DNA of 64,000 nucleotides from Blepharisma stoltei ATCC 30299. Lineage: Eukaryota; Protista; Ciliophora. Position 1 is the stretch's first letter. Every line of letters begins with the position of its first letter. The translations under genes and the position numbers were made by a program. Of this stretch, positions 37,782 to 49,048 are shown in pieces. Location: NCBI GenBank assembly GCA_965603825.1, contig CBFDEM010000012.1, positions 434,001 through 498,000 of the forward strand. Direction: 5' to 3'. Below the pieces are notes generated by a model that searched no databases, was not told the origin of the DNA, and worked only from the letters and a program-made list of their open reading frames with translations.

Positions 37782-38183
37782 ATGGAATCAATCTTTTCGA
37801 AACCTCCTGCATCTCCATCCCATCATTATGCTACCCTCCTGCAAAAGAAAGAAAAAGGTAATAAGAGTTCCGAGTATTTTTCCAGAGCAATAACTCCGAC
37901 TGCTCATCTCTATACTGCTAATGGTCTTGCAAAAGGCCATAGACGAACAGTATCGATCCCTCAAAACCACAACTCAGACACAACAAACCCCAACTGTAAT
38001 CGTCCCGAAAGCAGCGAATCCTATGAATATGGAAATTCTGACGATATAAATTTGATTAAAGAAGAATTAAAAAACGTCAAAGAAGAAAATTTCAGCCTAA
38101 AAAGCAGAATCAAAGATCTGGAAAAGCAGCTGGAAGACGAAAAAATACGAGTGAAGATTCTAGAAAGCAGGCTTAGGATGTAA
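37782..38183 (+). CDS. hypothetical protein with C-terminal coiled coil
   Basis: 133-aa ORF with a heptad tail. Confidence 0.65.
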   Translation: MESIFSKPPASPSHHYATLLQKKEKGNKSSEYFSRAITPTAHLYTANGLAKGHRRTVSIPQNHNSDTTNPNCNRPESSESYEYGNSDDINLIKEELKNVKEENFSLKSRIKDLEKQLEDEKIRVKILESRLRM

Positions 38184-38196
38184 TTTAAATTAATTG

Positions 38197-39684
38197 TTAT
38201 ACATCTCGTTCTTGAAGACTGAGAATAGGAAACCCTAAAAACCTAATGATGTCATCTTCTGTAGTTGCGTTTATCAGTTTTTGACCTGTCGAGCGATTGT
38301 AAAGTCCTGTATTGGAAAGATGGTAACCTTTTTTTTCTGCTTCAAGTCTGAGTAGTCGATTATAGTTGCTTGATCCTGTAAAATAAAGAATTGCATAAGG
38401 AGTTTCTTCTATATTACATACAAAAAAGTCAAGCTGCCTATGAGGCTTTCCTTCAAGTTTCACAACACCTGTGAATTTTTCTGAGGTATTTGTAAAACTA
38501 TGGGTTAATAAGCCAATTGCTTTAAGAGAAGTTATAAGAAATGGAAGAAGTCGATCCTTATGTTTTGTTCCAATAACAATATCAATGTCTCCACACAGTT
38601 CCCTGCCTCTTCTATACGATCCACAGAGTTCAAACTCGCTTTTGGGTTCTATAAGTTTCAGCTGTGCTTTTATAATAGAGCCAATTCTTTCTACTTCTTC
38701 TCTTGGGATTTTTTGTATGAGATCATCATAAAGTTCGATTCCAGTTAACTGGATTTCGCTGAAATAATCTCTATTAATCTCTGCAAATTTTTTAACATCT
38801 TGGATAGTTCGTAGTCCATGTTTATATAGATCAATCGCAGTTTTCGATCCAAATCCATAAATTTGAGATATTTCATTAATTGCTTGGATTTGGGGCTCTT
38901 TGCTTAAGCTAACGGTTTTATCTAAATATCCTTTTTGTAAAATCTCTGCTACTTTATTTCTAGTTTTTATCCCGAACCCTTTAATTTTTTTGAGCTGCTC
39001 GGCATCAGTGACCTTGAAATTTAATAGTTTAAGTGATCTTATTGTGTTAGCATATGTTACAGACCTTCCTCTGTCATCTAGAATTTCATATAGCTTTTGT
39101 AATTTTTCTAGCTCATCCGTGATATGTGAATTTAAATTGCTGCTTTTAATCCTAGAAGGATCTGGAGGCTGAAAAAATTCTGGATTCATATTAATTGGCA
39201 AATCAGATGGCTCTTCTGGGCTTGAAAATACTCAGTCTGATCCAACACTTTTTCTCGAAGATTGAGAAAAATTATCAATAATTGATGGCTTTCTAGGTTT
39301 TCCTACTTCCAATTCTTCAGCTTTTCTTTTAATAGATGGAGATGATTCTCTTGAAGGCATCTTCTCATTAAACTTTAATTTAAAATTTTCTATGGGTTGG
39401 ATTTTTTTAGCTACAATAGAAGAGTGTGCTCATTCAGGCTTTACAATGGTCATATCTTTGATATTTGTTATATTTAGCTTTTGTGATAATATTTCTTCAG
39501 TAGCATTTTCAGGGGCTATTACTATTGTGTAGCTTTTGATATCTTTTATATTTCTTGATCCAAAAATATCTGCACTTCCTCCGTGCTCTTCTATTTTATT
39601 TTTTATTATGCTGGCGGATGTCCCGGTAAATCCTAATATTTTCGAAAGTATTAGAATATTAAACCCGCTAAAAATCCCTGACAT
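38197..39684 (-). CDS. family X DNA polymerase with N-terminal BRCT (Pol lambda-like), 495 aa
   Basis: BRCT ending IVKPE(TGA=W), Ser/Pro linker, HhH GFG motifs, CGSYRRG, GDID, RQLD, YFTGS, ERD. Confidence 0.93.
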
Positions 39685-39739
39685 TTAATTGTCCATATAT
39701 TGAACTAAATGTTATATTAAATTTAGGCACAAAATTTCA
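39685..39739. promoter_or_regulatory. 55-bp putative bidirectional promoter between the PolX and XRCC1-like genes
   Basis: AT-rich spacer between divergent ATGs at 39684 and 39740. Confidence 0.5.
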
Positions 39740-40819
39740 ATGATCACAATTGATTACCAGATAATAAATTGCCAGCCACTAGAGGATGGTGAAGATGCAC
39801 AAAATATTCTAAGCATCAACAAAGCTAAAGTTTTAGAATTTCATTCAGGCCAAGGATCAATTACAATTCAGTTTCCGAAAACAAAAATTGAAGAGATTAC
39901 TTTATGTTTAGGAAGCTCTGCATCTGTACAAATTGGAGCGTTCAACAGCCCTGATCAAACAGACATGGTCTATCTTATTGAAAGCCAGGAATCTGTAGTT
40001 GGCGCTCTAGAAAAAACCATAAAATATAGCTCTAATCTCTTTGCATCTCACAAAGACACAAAATTTTCCTATGCTAAGCTTGACATATCTTCAACTTCAT
40101 CTAATGGATCCTTAAAAATTTTTTATTGAATTCTTAAAAGTCCAAGAGATTCTGGCTCTTCCCCTCCAAGATCTAACCATATGACAGTAAATTCGAGATC
40201 CTTTTATTCTTCCCCACCAGCCAAAAGAACATTAGAAATTTCTAAAAACCCAAAAACTGATTTATCTAACTCAATCCAAAGATTTGACTTGAAACAATCT
40301 GCATTTGATGAAATCCCTAGAAAGCGAAAAATAGATTATGACACTCCAAGAGCTTCTAGGAACCCAATTGATAATAGAATTGGGATTAACAATAAAATTA
40401 GATCAGAAAATAAAAAACAAGAGGATAAAACAATTAATATTGAAGATGGGGAGACAATTGCGGAGCAAAATAGTATTTTTCAAGATATTCAAAATAGAAA
40501 ACAAAGAGTGTTAAGATCGCATACGCAGAAAAAAGAACCAACAAATTCGTATAAAAATGTTTTAAATAATTGCTTGGTTAGTTCAGCTGTCCAGGATCCT
40601 GGGAAAAGTATTATAATATCAGAGCTTTGTGAATCGTTGGGAGCCATCTATATTGAAGAGCTTGATAGATCAGTAGAATATTTGGTGTCTGATGGAACCA
40701 ACACAAGAAAAATGGATGAGGCGAGACAATTGGGAATTAAAATTGTTAGAATAGACTGACTCATTTTTTGTTTGAGGAAAAGAAAGCATATTGATGATGA
40801 ATCTTTGCTCTTTAATTAA
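39740..40819 (+). CDS. XRCC1-like scaffold (N-terminal XRCC1 domain + one BRCT), 359 aa
   Basis: BRCT SAVQDPGKS..LGAIY..NTRK..LGIKIVRID(TGA)LIFC parallels XRCC1 BRCT1; N-terminus IINC..AQNIL..ITIQFPK.KIEEITL..GSSASVQI parallels the XRCC1 NTD. Confidence 0.72.
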
Positions 40820-41030
40820 AATTACCTTATGTATAATTAATTGCATGCAGTATTTTTTAAGAATTACTTGCTAAAGACTTAATATTTTAAAGATGCAGCT
40901 GCCCCCAACAGCTAATTTTAATCGATAATAAAAATTCCCTTTAGATTTGTTTTTATAAAAGCTGAAAGAGGGTTCTGATGCATTTTCATTGTAGCTTACT
41001 TAATAATAATCAACGAAATTAAAAATAAAT

Positions 41031-41399
41031 ATGGAGAGACTCTTGAACATAAAAAATCATTTTGAGTGCGAGAACAGCTTAGAAGACATTGGCTATACTA
41101 TATTAAATCACTCCATTCCCGATCAAAAAACATCATTTTCCAATAATCATCCTCATTTGGGCTTCCATCAATGCCAGCATTTTCATGTTTACTGCCCATC
41201 TCATTTCAAAGGTCCTCTTGTCGCTTACATTGACCCAGATTCTCATAAATCTGACACCAAGCAATATCATGAAGCCTTAATTGATGGAGAAATTCTCATA
41301 ACTCAAATCCCATCTGATGTTATAGAAGTTCATGTTCCTAGCGGGCGTTGTATAGTTATTCACCCGAAGCTTACGCATCATATTAAACTGTTGTATTAG
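41031..41399 (+). CDS. hypothetical His-rich protein, 122 aa
   Basis: ORF with TAAATG start context; many His and Cys residues. Confidence 0.6.
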   Translation: MERLLNIKNHFECENSLEDIGYTILNHSIPDQKTSFSNNHPHLGFHQCQHFHVYCPSHFKGPLVAYIDPDSHKSDTKQYHEALIDGEILITQIPSDVIEVHVPSGRCIVIHPKLTHHIKLLY

Positions 41400-41442
41400 A
41401 AAAAAATTAATTCAAATTTTCAATTAGTAATTAAAGCTTTTA

Positions 41443-41964
41443 ATGTCATTTGCAAAGAAGAACTCAACTCCTAGGACTTCTTCGTCTCCAAGGAACCCAG
41501 CTACTCCAAGAGGAAGTCAAGCAATTTATCAGTCATACGCTAACTTAATTACTCCAAGAACTCAAACTTCATCTGACCCTCAAGAAATTGAATCATTACG
41601 AAAAGAAGTGAATTATCTCAAAAATGGGCTGAATGAAGCTAACAAAATAATTAAGCAACTCAAAGCGCAACACGAAGAAGAAATAAGAACGCTGAAATTC
41701 GTATATGACGAGATGAAAAAAGAGCTTGAATCTGCGAAATCAACTAAGCCAGAAGAAAGCACTAGGCCAAGCCAAGGGATTGAAGAATACACTCAGCTTG
41801 CACAGGAGTTAATTCGCCTTCGTACAGATGTGGATCGTCTAAGTAGCGCTTTCGTAAGAGAGAAAAGGGCATCTGCTGCACAAAGACTGGAAAGTCTTTT
41901 GCATGAGCGAACTCAGCAGAGAAGTTTTGGGTCAAGTAAATCAGCGTTTACAGATAAGTTATAA
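41443..41964 (+). CDS. coiled-coil protein with N-terminal TPR/SPR tripeptide repeats
   Basis: 173-aa ORF. Confidence 0.7.
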   Translation: MSFAKKNSTPRTSSSPRNPATPRGSQAIYQSYANLITPRTQTSSDPQEIESLRKEVNYLKNGLNEANKIIKQLKAQHEEEIRTLKFVYDEMKKELESAKSTKPEESTRPSQGIEEYTQLAQELIRLRTDVDRLSSAFVREKRASAAQRLESLLHERTQQRSFGSSKSAFTDKL

Positions 41965-41983
41965 GCACATTGTTTAAATGTTA

Positions 41984-43075
41984 CTATTTACGCTTAGAAA
42001 TTAAGAAATTATTGTCTTCTTCGCATCTTCGTTTTATTAATTCTCTATAATGATGCGCAAGTTCTAGTGGCAAAGCTGAATCAGCAACAATTCTTGAGGG
42101 GGGCTTATCTATAGTAATTTCGCTCTTACTTGGAAAGTGTCTAGGAGTTTGAGGATTAGATGATTTTTTAGGTTCTAGAGATGGCGTGTTTTTATTGGAA
42201 GGGGTATTTGTTCTAGACCTTTGGCTCAGTAAATTTAAAATGTATTCGTCTTTATTTGAAATTTTTATGTTCTCATAAGATTTCTTTCTTTTGTTTTGAG
42301 ATTTCGGAGATACCATGCATTGCTCATGAGTGAAACTCATCTTGGAGCTTGGCCGAGATGAATTATCTTCAATTGATTTCTTAATTAAAGTTGATGGCTT
42401 CGTTGTAGAAATCTGCTTTTCTTTATCGTTATTAGAACTTTTAGGTATTTTTCTTTCAGTTAAGCCATTTTCTTCATTTCAATCTGGTTGGATTTCAAAA
42501 TTTCTTTGAGTGCTTCTTGAAGTTAAGCTTTTATAAGGCAGCTCAAACTTCTGCAAATCAGCAATATTAATATTTAGGCCAGGATACTTTTTCATTCCTC
42601 CATTATCATTTCTCTCAGTTAGATTCTTCATTTTCAATGCATCATTTGATGAACTCCTAGAAGAGCATCTTGGCAACTCTCAATGCCCTTTCTTCGCATA
42701 TGATATATAGGCTAGCTTCTTTGATAATTCATTGATTTCTGGAGCATACCGGAAATTTTGTTTTCTTATTCATTCCCATTTTTCTTTGACCCTTTCTTTT
42801 TTCTCTTCAAGGACTTTTCCTTTCTGCAATAAAATATTTTCAATGCCCTTTCGTGGCTTTCCTTCAATTTTATTCGATAACTTCTGACTGTTTTTATGGG
42901 TTTTAGTTTGCTGCCGAATTATGGAATCTTTATAAAGCCTATCATGTACAGAAGTAGGAGGGCTATTAATTTTATTGAATTTGGAAGTTGATAGTTTGCT
43001 TGATAAAGTTTCAGAAGGGTTTACCAATCTTGGGAAATCTTGCTCTTTATATGGTTCGATGTAAAGAGTTTCCAT
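41984..43075 (-). CDS. hypothetical protein, 363 aa (VHDRLY / PEIN..SKKLA motif type)
   Basis: Three in-frame ORFs joined across TGA codons. Confidence 0.7.
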
Positions 43076-43174
43076 TTAAAGTTTGATGATTTTTTTATTC
43101 AATATATTTTACGAAAAATTAATAAATATAATATTTGATATAATGCTGTTTGGCTGAAAATTCAGTTGGATTAA

Positions 43175-43852
43175 TTAGGAAGTTAAAGGTCTTTTGCCAT
43201 CTATTTCATAGTTATTGCTGTTCATTTCTATATCCACACTTTTCGTGCATATTCCTAATTTTCTTTTCAATTGTAAAGCTCCTTCAAAAGCAATCACCTC
43301 TACAATCAGTGCCCCTAAAATCATCAAATAGCTCCACACATTTCTAAAGCTCATCAAAGGATAAACTTCTTCCACTTCTAAGGCATAAGGCATATTCACA
43401 CACAATAAGTAAATAATACTAATGCCTAGAGGAAAAACCATATGCTTCCTTATAAATTCAACTCTATTCAAGCAAAAGTCAAATGTTAGTGTAATAATTG
43501 GCACTACATGATGAAAAATGGTTTGCAAAACATCAATTGATGACAAAGGCGCTACCGCAGTCCAATACATAACGGTTATGCAGCTTTCTATAGCCCATAT
43601 CGTTTCAAATAAAATATATGCTACTTTTGTCAATTTTGTGGAAAAATAAGATAAAGCAGCAACTATAAAATAAATCATCGTGATTGTTAATCCCCAGCAA
43701 GTTAGATAAATAAAGAATAAATCTGGGGTTAAAATAAGCGCTCATAGGAAATTTCCAACTGAAAAGAGAGCAAGAAATATTCTTATGTATTTGAGAATTT
43801 CTTTATGAGTGGACTCGTGAAAATTATCAGGAGCAAATTCCCAAATTTTCAT
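43175..43852 (-). CDS. FAR-17a/AIG1-like multi-pass membrane protein, 225 aa
   Basis: FIYLTCWG, ITVMYW, HHVVP, VYPLM; extends through one TGA to ATG 43852. Confidence 0.7.
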
Positions 43853-43910
43853 ATTTTCAACAATTACTAACAAAGCTAATTAAAACAATTTGATTAAATA
43901 ATGTATTATC

Positions 43911-45016
43911 TTAATATGACTCTTCAAGATTTTTAGAAGTGAGTTGATATGTTTTTATGATGAAAACCATCAAATCCTGCTCAAATTTTCTGTAGGCCAT
44001 TTCAAAATCTGCGATCATCCCATAGATTGACTTTAATTTCAATGACTCATCATCTTTGAGGCATAAGCTAAAAATTCTGTTTTTAATTTTCAGCCTTTGA
44101 TATGTCATTACATTTATATTAAAATCAGGCTTTACCTTGGTATATTTAACAATTGCTGGTTTCTTTACTGCGAGGAAGGGTGAAATTGATGGAAAAGCCT
44201 CAAAATCGCAATTTTGGTTGCAAGAAATAAGTTCATTTAAAATTCTCGGAGAAATTTTAATGAGGAGTTCTGCTACTTGCAAGAGCTCATCTCCAACAGC
44301 ATGAACCCAAGGATGAGTTTTTATGTTATTTGCTCATCAGAGAGTTTCCATTGTAAACATATCCGAATTCATTTCATTGAGGTCCAATAATTTAATATTG
44401 AGCCCTCTTCCTTTGAGTCTGTAATTATAATTATCTAGGGTTACTATTTTTCATTTGACAGCAAGTATAGAAACTAAAGCAAGAGTTTCTTTATAAAAGC
44501 TATAATCTCCTCAATATCTTGGATGGCAGCTCATTAAATTTTCTAAGCTTTGATTAGTAACTCTAGAATCATCTTCGTTTAATTCAATTTCTTGAGATTT
44601 TAATCTATAGATATGATGTACATAGAGAATGCATTTATTTGATATTTTATGTCTGGATTCTTGCTTGTAGAATCTTCTGCAAATATCATAGAGTTCAATT
44701 TCATAAACTTCTATAGGAGTTACCTTTATCTCTTGCTACATTAAAGGTTTACAATTTTTCTCCCAAGAGCTGAGTTCAACGTGGCAGAGTCAAACCTTGG
44801 GCGAATACTAAAACCTCGAGTAAGTCTTCAGAAAACATCAGTATTAACCGTATCTGTGTGCGATATATCTGCTGTTGGCACATCATTAAATTTTGTTGTG
44901 TTGGAATCCATTGCTATTTCTGTAGTCATCTCAGCCTCGTCAATTTCTTCTTTTTCATCCCTCGAATTGCATGGAGTATGAATTTCATTTTCTACTACAA
45001 TTTCTATGTCATTCAT
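43911..45016 (-). CDS. hypothetical protein, 362 aa; putative intron 44736-44752
   Basis: Frame open 43911-44735 with TGA only; joined to ATG 45016 by a 17-nt GT-AG excision. Confidence 0.65.
44736..44752 (-). other. putative 17-nt spliceosomal intron
   Basis: GTAAACCTTTAATGTAG, phase 0, A at -6; contains the stop codons of both flanking frames. Confidence 0.65.
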
Positions 45017-45065
45017 TATAAATTGAATTAAAAATTAAAACCTTCCTATTATTTATTTTCGATTA

Positions 45066-45383
45066 TTATCCTCTCCCTCTTGCCATAAATCTCGCTCTCC
45101 CTCTCATCCTAGCTTGTCCTCTCTTAATAGACACTTTATTTTCTACAGCTTTTTCCAAGACCTCATCTAGTACCCTTATATATTTCACATTGTTTCCTCT
45201 TATATAGCATTCAGGGATTTTTCGAAAATGGTCACCATCTGCATTCGTGTGTGTTACATCTTTCAACTTTAAGTTCATAAAATAATCGGCATGCAATATA
45301 TAGCCATTGTAGCATTCCCCACTTTTAAGCTCAACCATCACTGGGGTAGAAATTGCGCATTGAAGAACAGGCATAGGCAGCAT
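45066..45383 (-). CDS. LSM4: U6 snRNA-associated Sm-like protein LSm4
   Basis: MLP..VELKSGECYNG..MNL..DGDHF..IPECYIRGNNVKY and an RG-rich tail. Confidence 0.9.
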   Translation of the reverse strand: MLPMPVLQCAISTPVMVELKSGECYNGYILHADYFMNLKLKDVTHTNADGDHFRKIPECYIRGNNVKYIRVLDEVLEKAVENKVSIKRGQARMRGRARFMARGRG

Positions 45384-45415
45384 TTTATTTTTATTCTAAA
45401 TCAAAGAATTAATGA

Positions 45416-46580
45416 TTAATTGGTTTTTTTGTTTTGTAAACTTTGTTGGCGGATTTCCAAGTCCATGTAGGTGCCATCTTTGTAGATTCTGTACTTGTAA
45501 AACAGCCTTAAATAGCAGTAATACAGCAGAGAACCTATAATATAAGTTGCCCAAGGTAATACTACATACCAATGCACTGATTCATCAAGTCTATTTCCAG
45601 CATTATGTCTGAATTTCCAGCTTAAAATGACCTCGCAGCAAAGCATCATTCATGCAGTCCATCTGTACTGTGCAAAGATTTGCTTTTCTGCTCTAAGATG
45701 GTCTCCCCAAGTCCTCACGTCGTCATATCCTTCTCTGAATCCTAATCCTCCCACAACTAGCCATATCAGCAGCCTTACAATGTTTAATTTGCTTGAAGGT
45801 GGGATCCATAGCGAATTTGATACTGTAAATCCAGTGACAAAATTTAGCGACACAAATAAAATGACCAAAAATACTCCTTGGAAATGTCGATGCTCAGTTC
45901 ATACTTTTCATTCTTTAATAGATTTGGCACCTCTTCTTCCAAACCAGTCATACTCCAGTGATTTAAAGTATCTAATTAAAAGCATTCCAATCCAGATGCC
46001 TAAGGTATTGGCTAAGAGGACATCTAGTATCAAAGAATCCCACCAGCACTCAGCAAAGTTGGGTCTGATGTTTTTTAATGATAATTCTATAAGTTCATCT
46101 AAAACACTCCATATATGAAGAATGTAATAGTCCCTTAATATCAATGCTGCAAAAAACCAATTGAGGAAATGGGCCAAAAGATAAAAGTCTGAAAGCTTGT
46201 AAACGTTTTGGATTGTAAACTCGCAGTTCCTGTCATAGTTTTCTGTGCGCATTTCTAGCTGTTTATTGAGGTTTGGGTCAATGTAGGCGAATAGCGCGCG
46301 TGCATCATCTTCAGTTTGGAATAGTAAGAATACCAACAGCCCGATATAAAGAAGCCCAAACCTTGCTCCCACTCTGCAGTATACATCACGAACTCTAATA
46401 AAAGGGCTCTTATAAGGCTTAAGCGAACTTTGTGCTAAAAAGACCAAGCAGACACCAATGAGTCCTGCTTTAACGTTTCATTCCTAACTCGTCCATTACA
46501 GTTGATGTTGACGTCCAAAAGAGTCCACAAAGTATATAACTTATGGTCAAAAAGAAAAGCACCTGGCTGCCGTATTCCAT
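45416..46580 (-). CDS. base-exchange phosphatidylserine synthase (PTDSS1/2 family), 382 aa; intron 46484-46499
   Basis: AHFLNWF, ELIELSL, PNFAECWWDSLILDVLLAN; ORFs joined across TGA codons. Confidence 0.9.
46484..46499 (-). other. 16-nt spliceosomal intron
   Basis: GTAATGGACGAGTTAG, A at -6; removal joins ATG 46580 to EWNVKAGLIGVCLVFL. Confidence 0.75.
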
Positions 46581-46589
46581 TTATAAATG
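46578..46589. promoter_or_regulatory. perfect palindrome CATTTATAAATG containing both divergent start codons
   Basis: CAT 46578-46580 (PSS start), TTATAA, ATG 46587-46589 (bL12m start). Confidence 0.65.
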
Positions 46590-47345
46590 TCTTTGCTTCG
46601 CAGGACAATATTTAGGTCATTTTCTAAATTAGCAGCTCTCAAAGAGCTGCCACAGCTCCAAGAGCAAGAAAATATCAAAAGACTGTCAGCCTTCAAAGAA
46701 AAATACGACAAGTTTGTAGAAAGCCAAAAAAAAGAAATTTATTATGCAGGAAGAGAATTAACAGAGGCGCAAAAAGAAAGGGTCAATATGGTTGTCGACG
46801 AAATTTTCCAGCTTTCCCCACTTGAAAGTAGAGCACTTCAATACGTTTGGAGAGATAAAACGAAAAGAACTTTTAATTTCAAACCAGATGGGCCTCCAGA
46901 GGACGGAAAAGAAACACAAATGAGAAGTCAGAACTTCTGGCCAGCAAATCATCCTGTGAATGTTGAATACCAGCAAGAAACTGGGCAGAAAGGAATTATT
47001 GGACTTCATGGGTACCCGAAGTCTTTTATGGATAAATTTTTAAGTGGGGAATTGTTTTCCGTTGCAGCTGCAGCTAAGCCAGCTGAAGTTGTAGAAGAAA
47101 AGAAGCCTGAAAAGGTGGAAAAAACTTCGTTTAACTTGGTTCTCAAAGGATTTAGCCCAGAAGGAAAAATTAAATTGATTAAAGAACTTAAAGACATGCT
47201 TAAGCTTGGACTCAAAGAAGCCAAAGACCAGTTAGAGTCTACAGCTAAAGAGCCTTTAATTCTTGCCAAAGCTATAAGCAAAGAAACACACCAAGAAATT
47301 TATGACAAGCTAAAAGGACTTGGGGCTGATATTGAGTTTATATAG
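46587..47345 (+). CDS. MRPL12: mitochondrial ribosomal protein L12 (bL12m)
   Basis: Presequence-like start; EKTSFNLVL..KIKLIKE....LGLKEAK...E..GADIE. Confidence 0.88.
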   Translation: MSLLRRTIFRSFSKLAALKELPQLQEQENIKRLSAFKEKYDKFVESQKKEIYYAGRELTEAQKERVNMVVDEIFQLSPLESRALQYVWRDKTKRTFNFKPDGPPEDGKETQMRSQNFWPANHPVNVEYQQETGQKGIIGLHGYPKSFMDKFLSGELFSVAAAAKPAEVVEEKKPEKVEKTSFNLVLKGFSPEGKIKLIKELKDMLKLGLKEAKDQLESTAKEPLILAKAISKETHQEIYDKLKGLGADIEFI

Positions 47346-47368
47346 ACTAAGCTTAACTATTTATGAAT

Positions 47369-48058
47369 TTATTTTGAGCATGTGAATAAAATATTTTTGT
47401 CACCTTCTATAACGACTTGATTTTCTAAAACTTCATTGCAAGCACTCACGATCCCTCCTATTTCGCTTAACGTGCTGTTGAAATTTCATTTAAATCCTTC
47501 TGTTGTGAGAACAGCTGGGCCACAGAGAGGAATCATTCCAAAGTACTTCCATGGGATTTTACTTGCAAAAATAATTCTTGTGGTACCCTTGAATACTGGG
47601 AATGCTAAATTTTGTGAGTTATATAAATAAATGCTTTTATCAGCATGATTTGGATCAAATAGCACACTAATAGCGTGTAAAGAGTGGTCCATTCTTCCCC
47701 CTAAGTCTCCAATAACTATTGTAGGCCTTTCATTATTAACATATCCTAGTGCTTTTTGAAAATCAGTTGTATCTTGATCTGAATCATAGATTTGAATAAC
47801 TTCTTCAAAATATTCTTTAGTTTCTTCAGAAATTGAATCCATATCTCCTACTATGATGGTTGGAATCTGATTTCCATTTCTTTGCATTAAAGACTCTCTG
47901 ATGAGATTAGCTGCGCCATCAGCTGCAATAATATTAACTGCTCTTTCATAAATTTCGTAATATATTTCATTGAATGATGAGAGATTATTTGTGTTGAGAA
48001 CTATTATATCAATCTGTTCATTGCTCTCAAGCCATGATAAATTGACCGTATAGTTCAT
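47369..48058 (-). CDS. TPK1: thiamine pyrophosphokinase, 229 aa
   Basis: AADGAAN, VGDMDS, DQDTTDFQKAL, GGRMDH, TTEGFK(TGA=W)N..GGIVSACN. Confidence 0.9.
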
Positions 48059-48555
48059 AATATTAAAAAATGAATTAATAAAAATGAATAGAGAACTAGA
48101 AGGCGCACAAAAGAAGAATGAAATGGACAATGCTTTGATTAAGAGCCAATAAGTAGTAAATCTAAAAGTTGTAAGATACAATTTTAAATAATTAGAGTGT
48201 TTAAATCTATTTTATAAAAATGAATTTTGATTTGAAAACTAAAAATACATTTTTGTTTAATTTTTAGTATTCTAATAAATTAAATGATTAGGATTTTTTA
48301 ATGCAAATAAAAAATGACCTTTTATAGTATTTATCAATTTTATATTTTTATATAGCTAAAACTGATTATTTTTGCATGTGGTGAATTGATTTCTGCTTAG
48401 AATGAATTTCGGACTCATTTTTAGTATAATTAGACCTAATTCAATTCATCAAGAAGCCATATATAGTCAATCTCGACAAATCCTCTTAAGTTATAACCGC
48501 TTATCTAACAAACCACTAAACTTTAAAATTGTGATTCAATTATTTAATTCAAAAA

Positions 48556-48984
48556 TTATTGTAAAATACAAACTTTGCATGTATTCTGACTATCAAACTC
48601 ACTATCATGAATTGATCTTATATGTCCTCTGCCAGATTTTGTTGAAAAAACAGACCTCTTTAACGGTTCATGCTTTTCACGCAATTCCTCTCGTTTCTGA
48701 TGCTCTTCAAAAACAAAATGTTTGGTTTTCCCTTCCAGAATCATATCCAAATCCTGGAAAGTATGACAAGGTGTATCCAAGTTAATTTTTTCACTAAAAA
48801 TATCACTCGAGAGTTTTGACGATTTTCTCATGTGCAGAGTCGGCAAACTTTCACTATCCTCAGTTACTTTTGAATTTTCATTGACATCTTGGTCCTTGAT
48901 TTCCATTGATCTAAAAACCCATCCTGAATTTCTTCTTACTGGGCTTGTTACATTTTTGTCTTCAATACCTGCGTTAAATGCCAT
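48556..48984 (-). CDS. hypothetical protein ending in CaaX-like CKVCILQ
   Basis: 142-aa ORF with C-terminal Cys motif. Confidence 0.6.
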   Translation of the reverse strand: MAFNAGIEDKNVTSPVRRNSGWVFRSMEIKDQDVNENSKVTEDSESLPTLHMRKSSKLSSDIFSEKINLDTPCHTFQDLDMILEGKTKHFVFEEHQKREELREKHEPLKRSVFSTKSGRGHIRSIHDSEFDSQNTCKVCILQ

Positions 48985-49048
48985 TGACTATAATTATGAA
49001 TCCTTTTACGTAGTTAAACTATCTCGAATACATCATGGCCATTAATAA

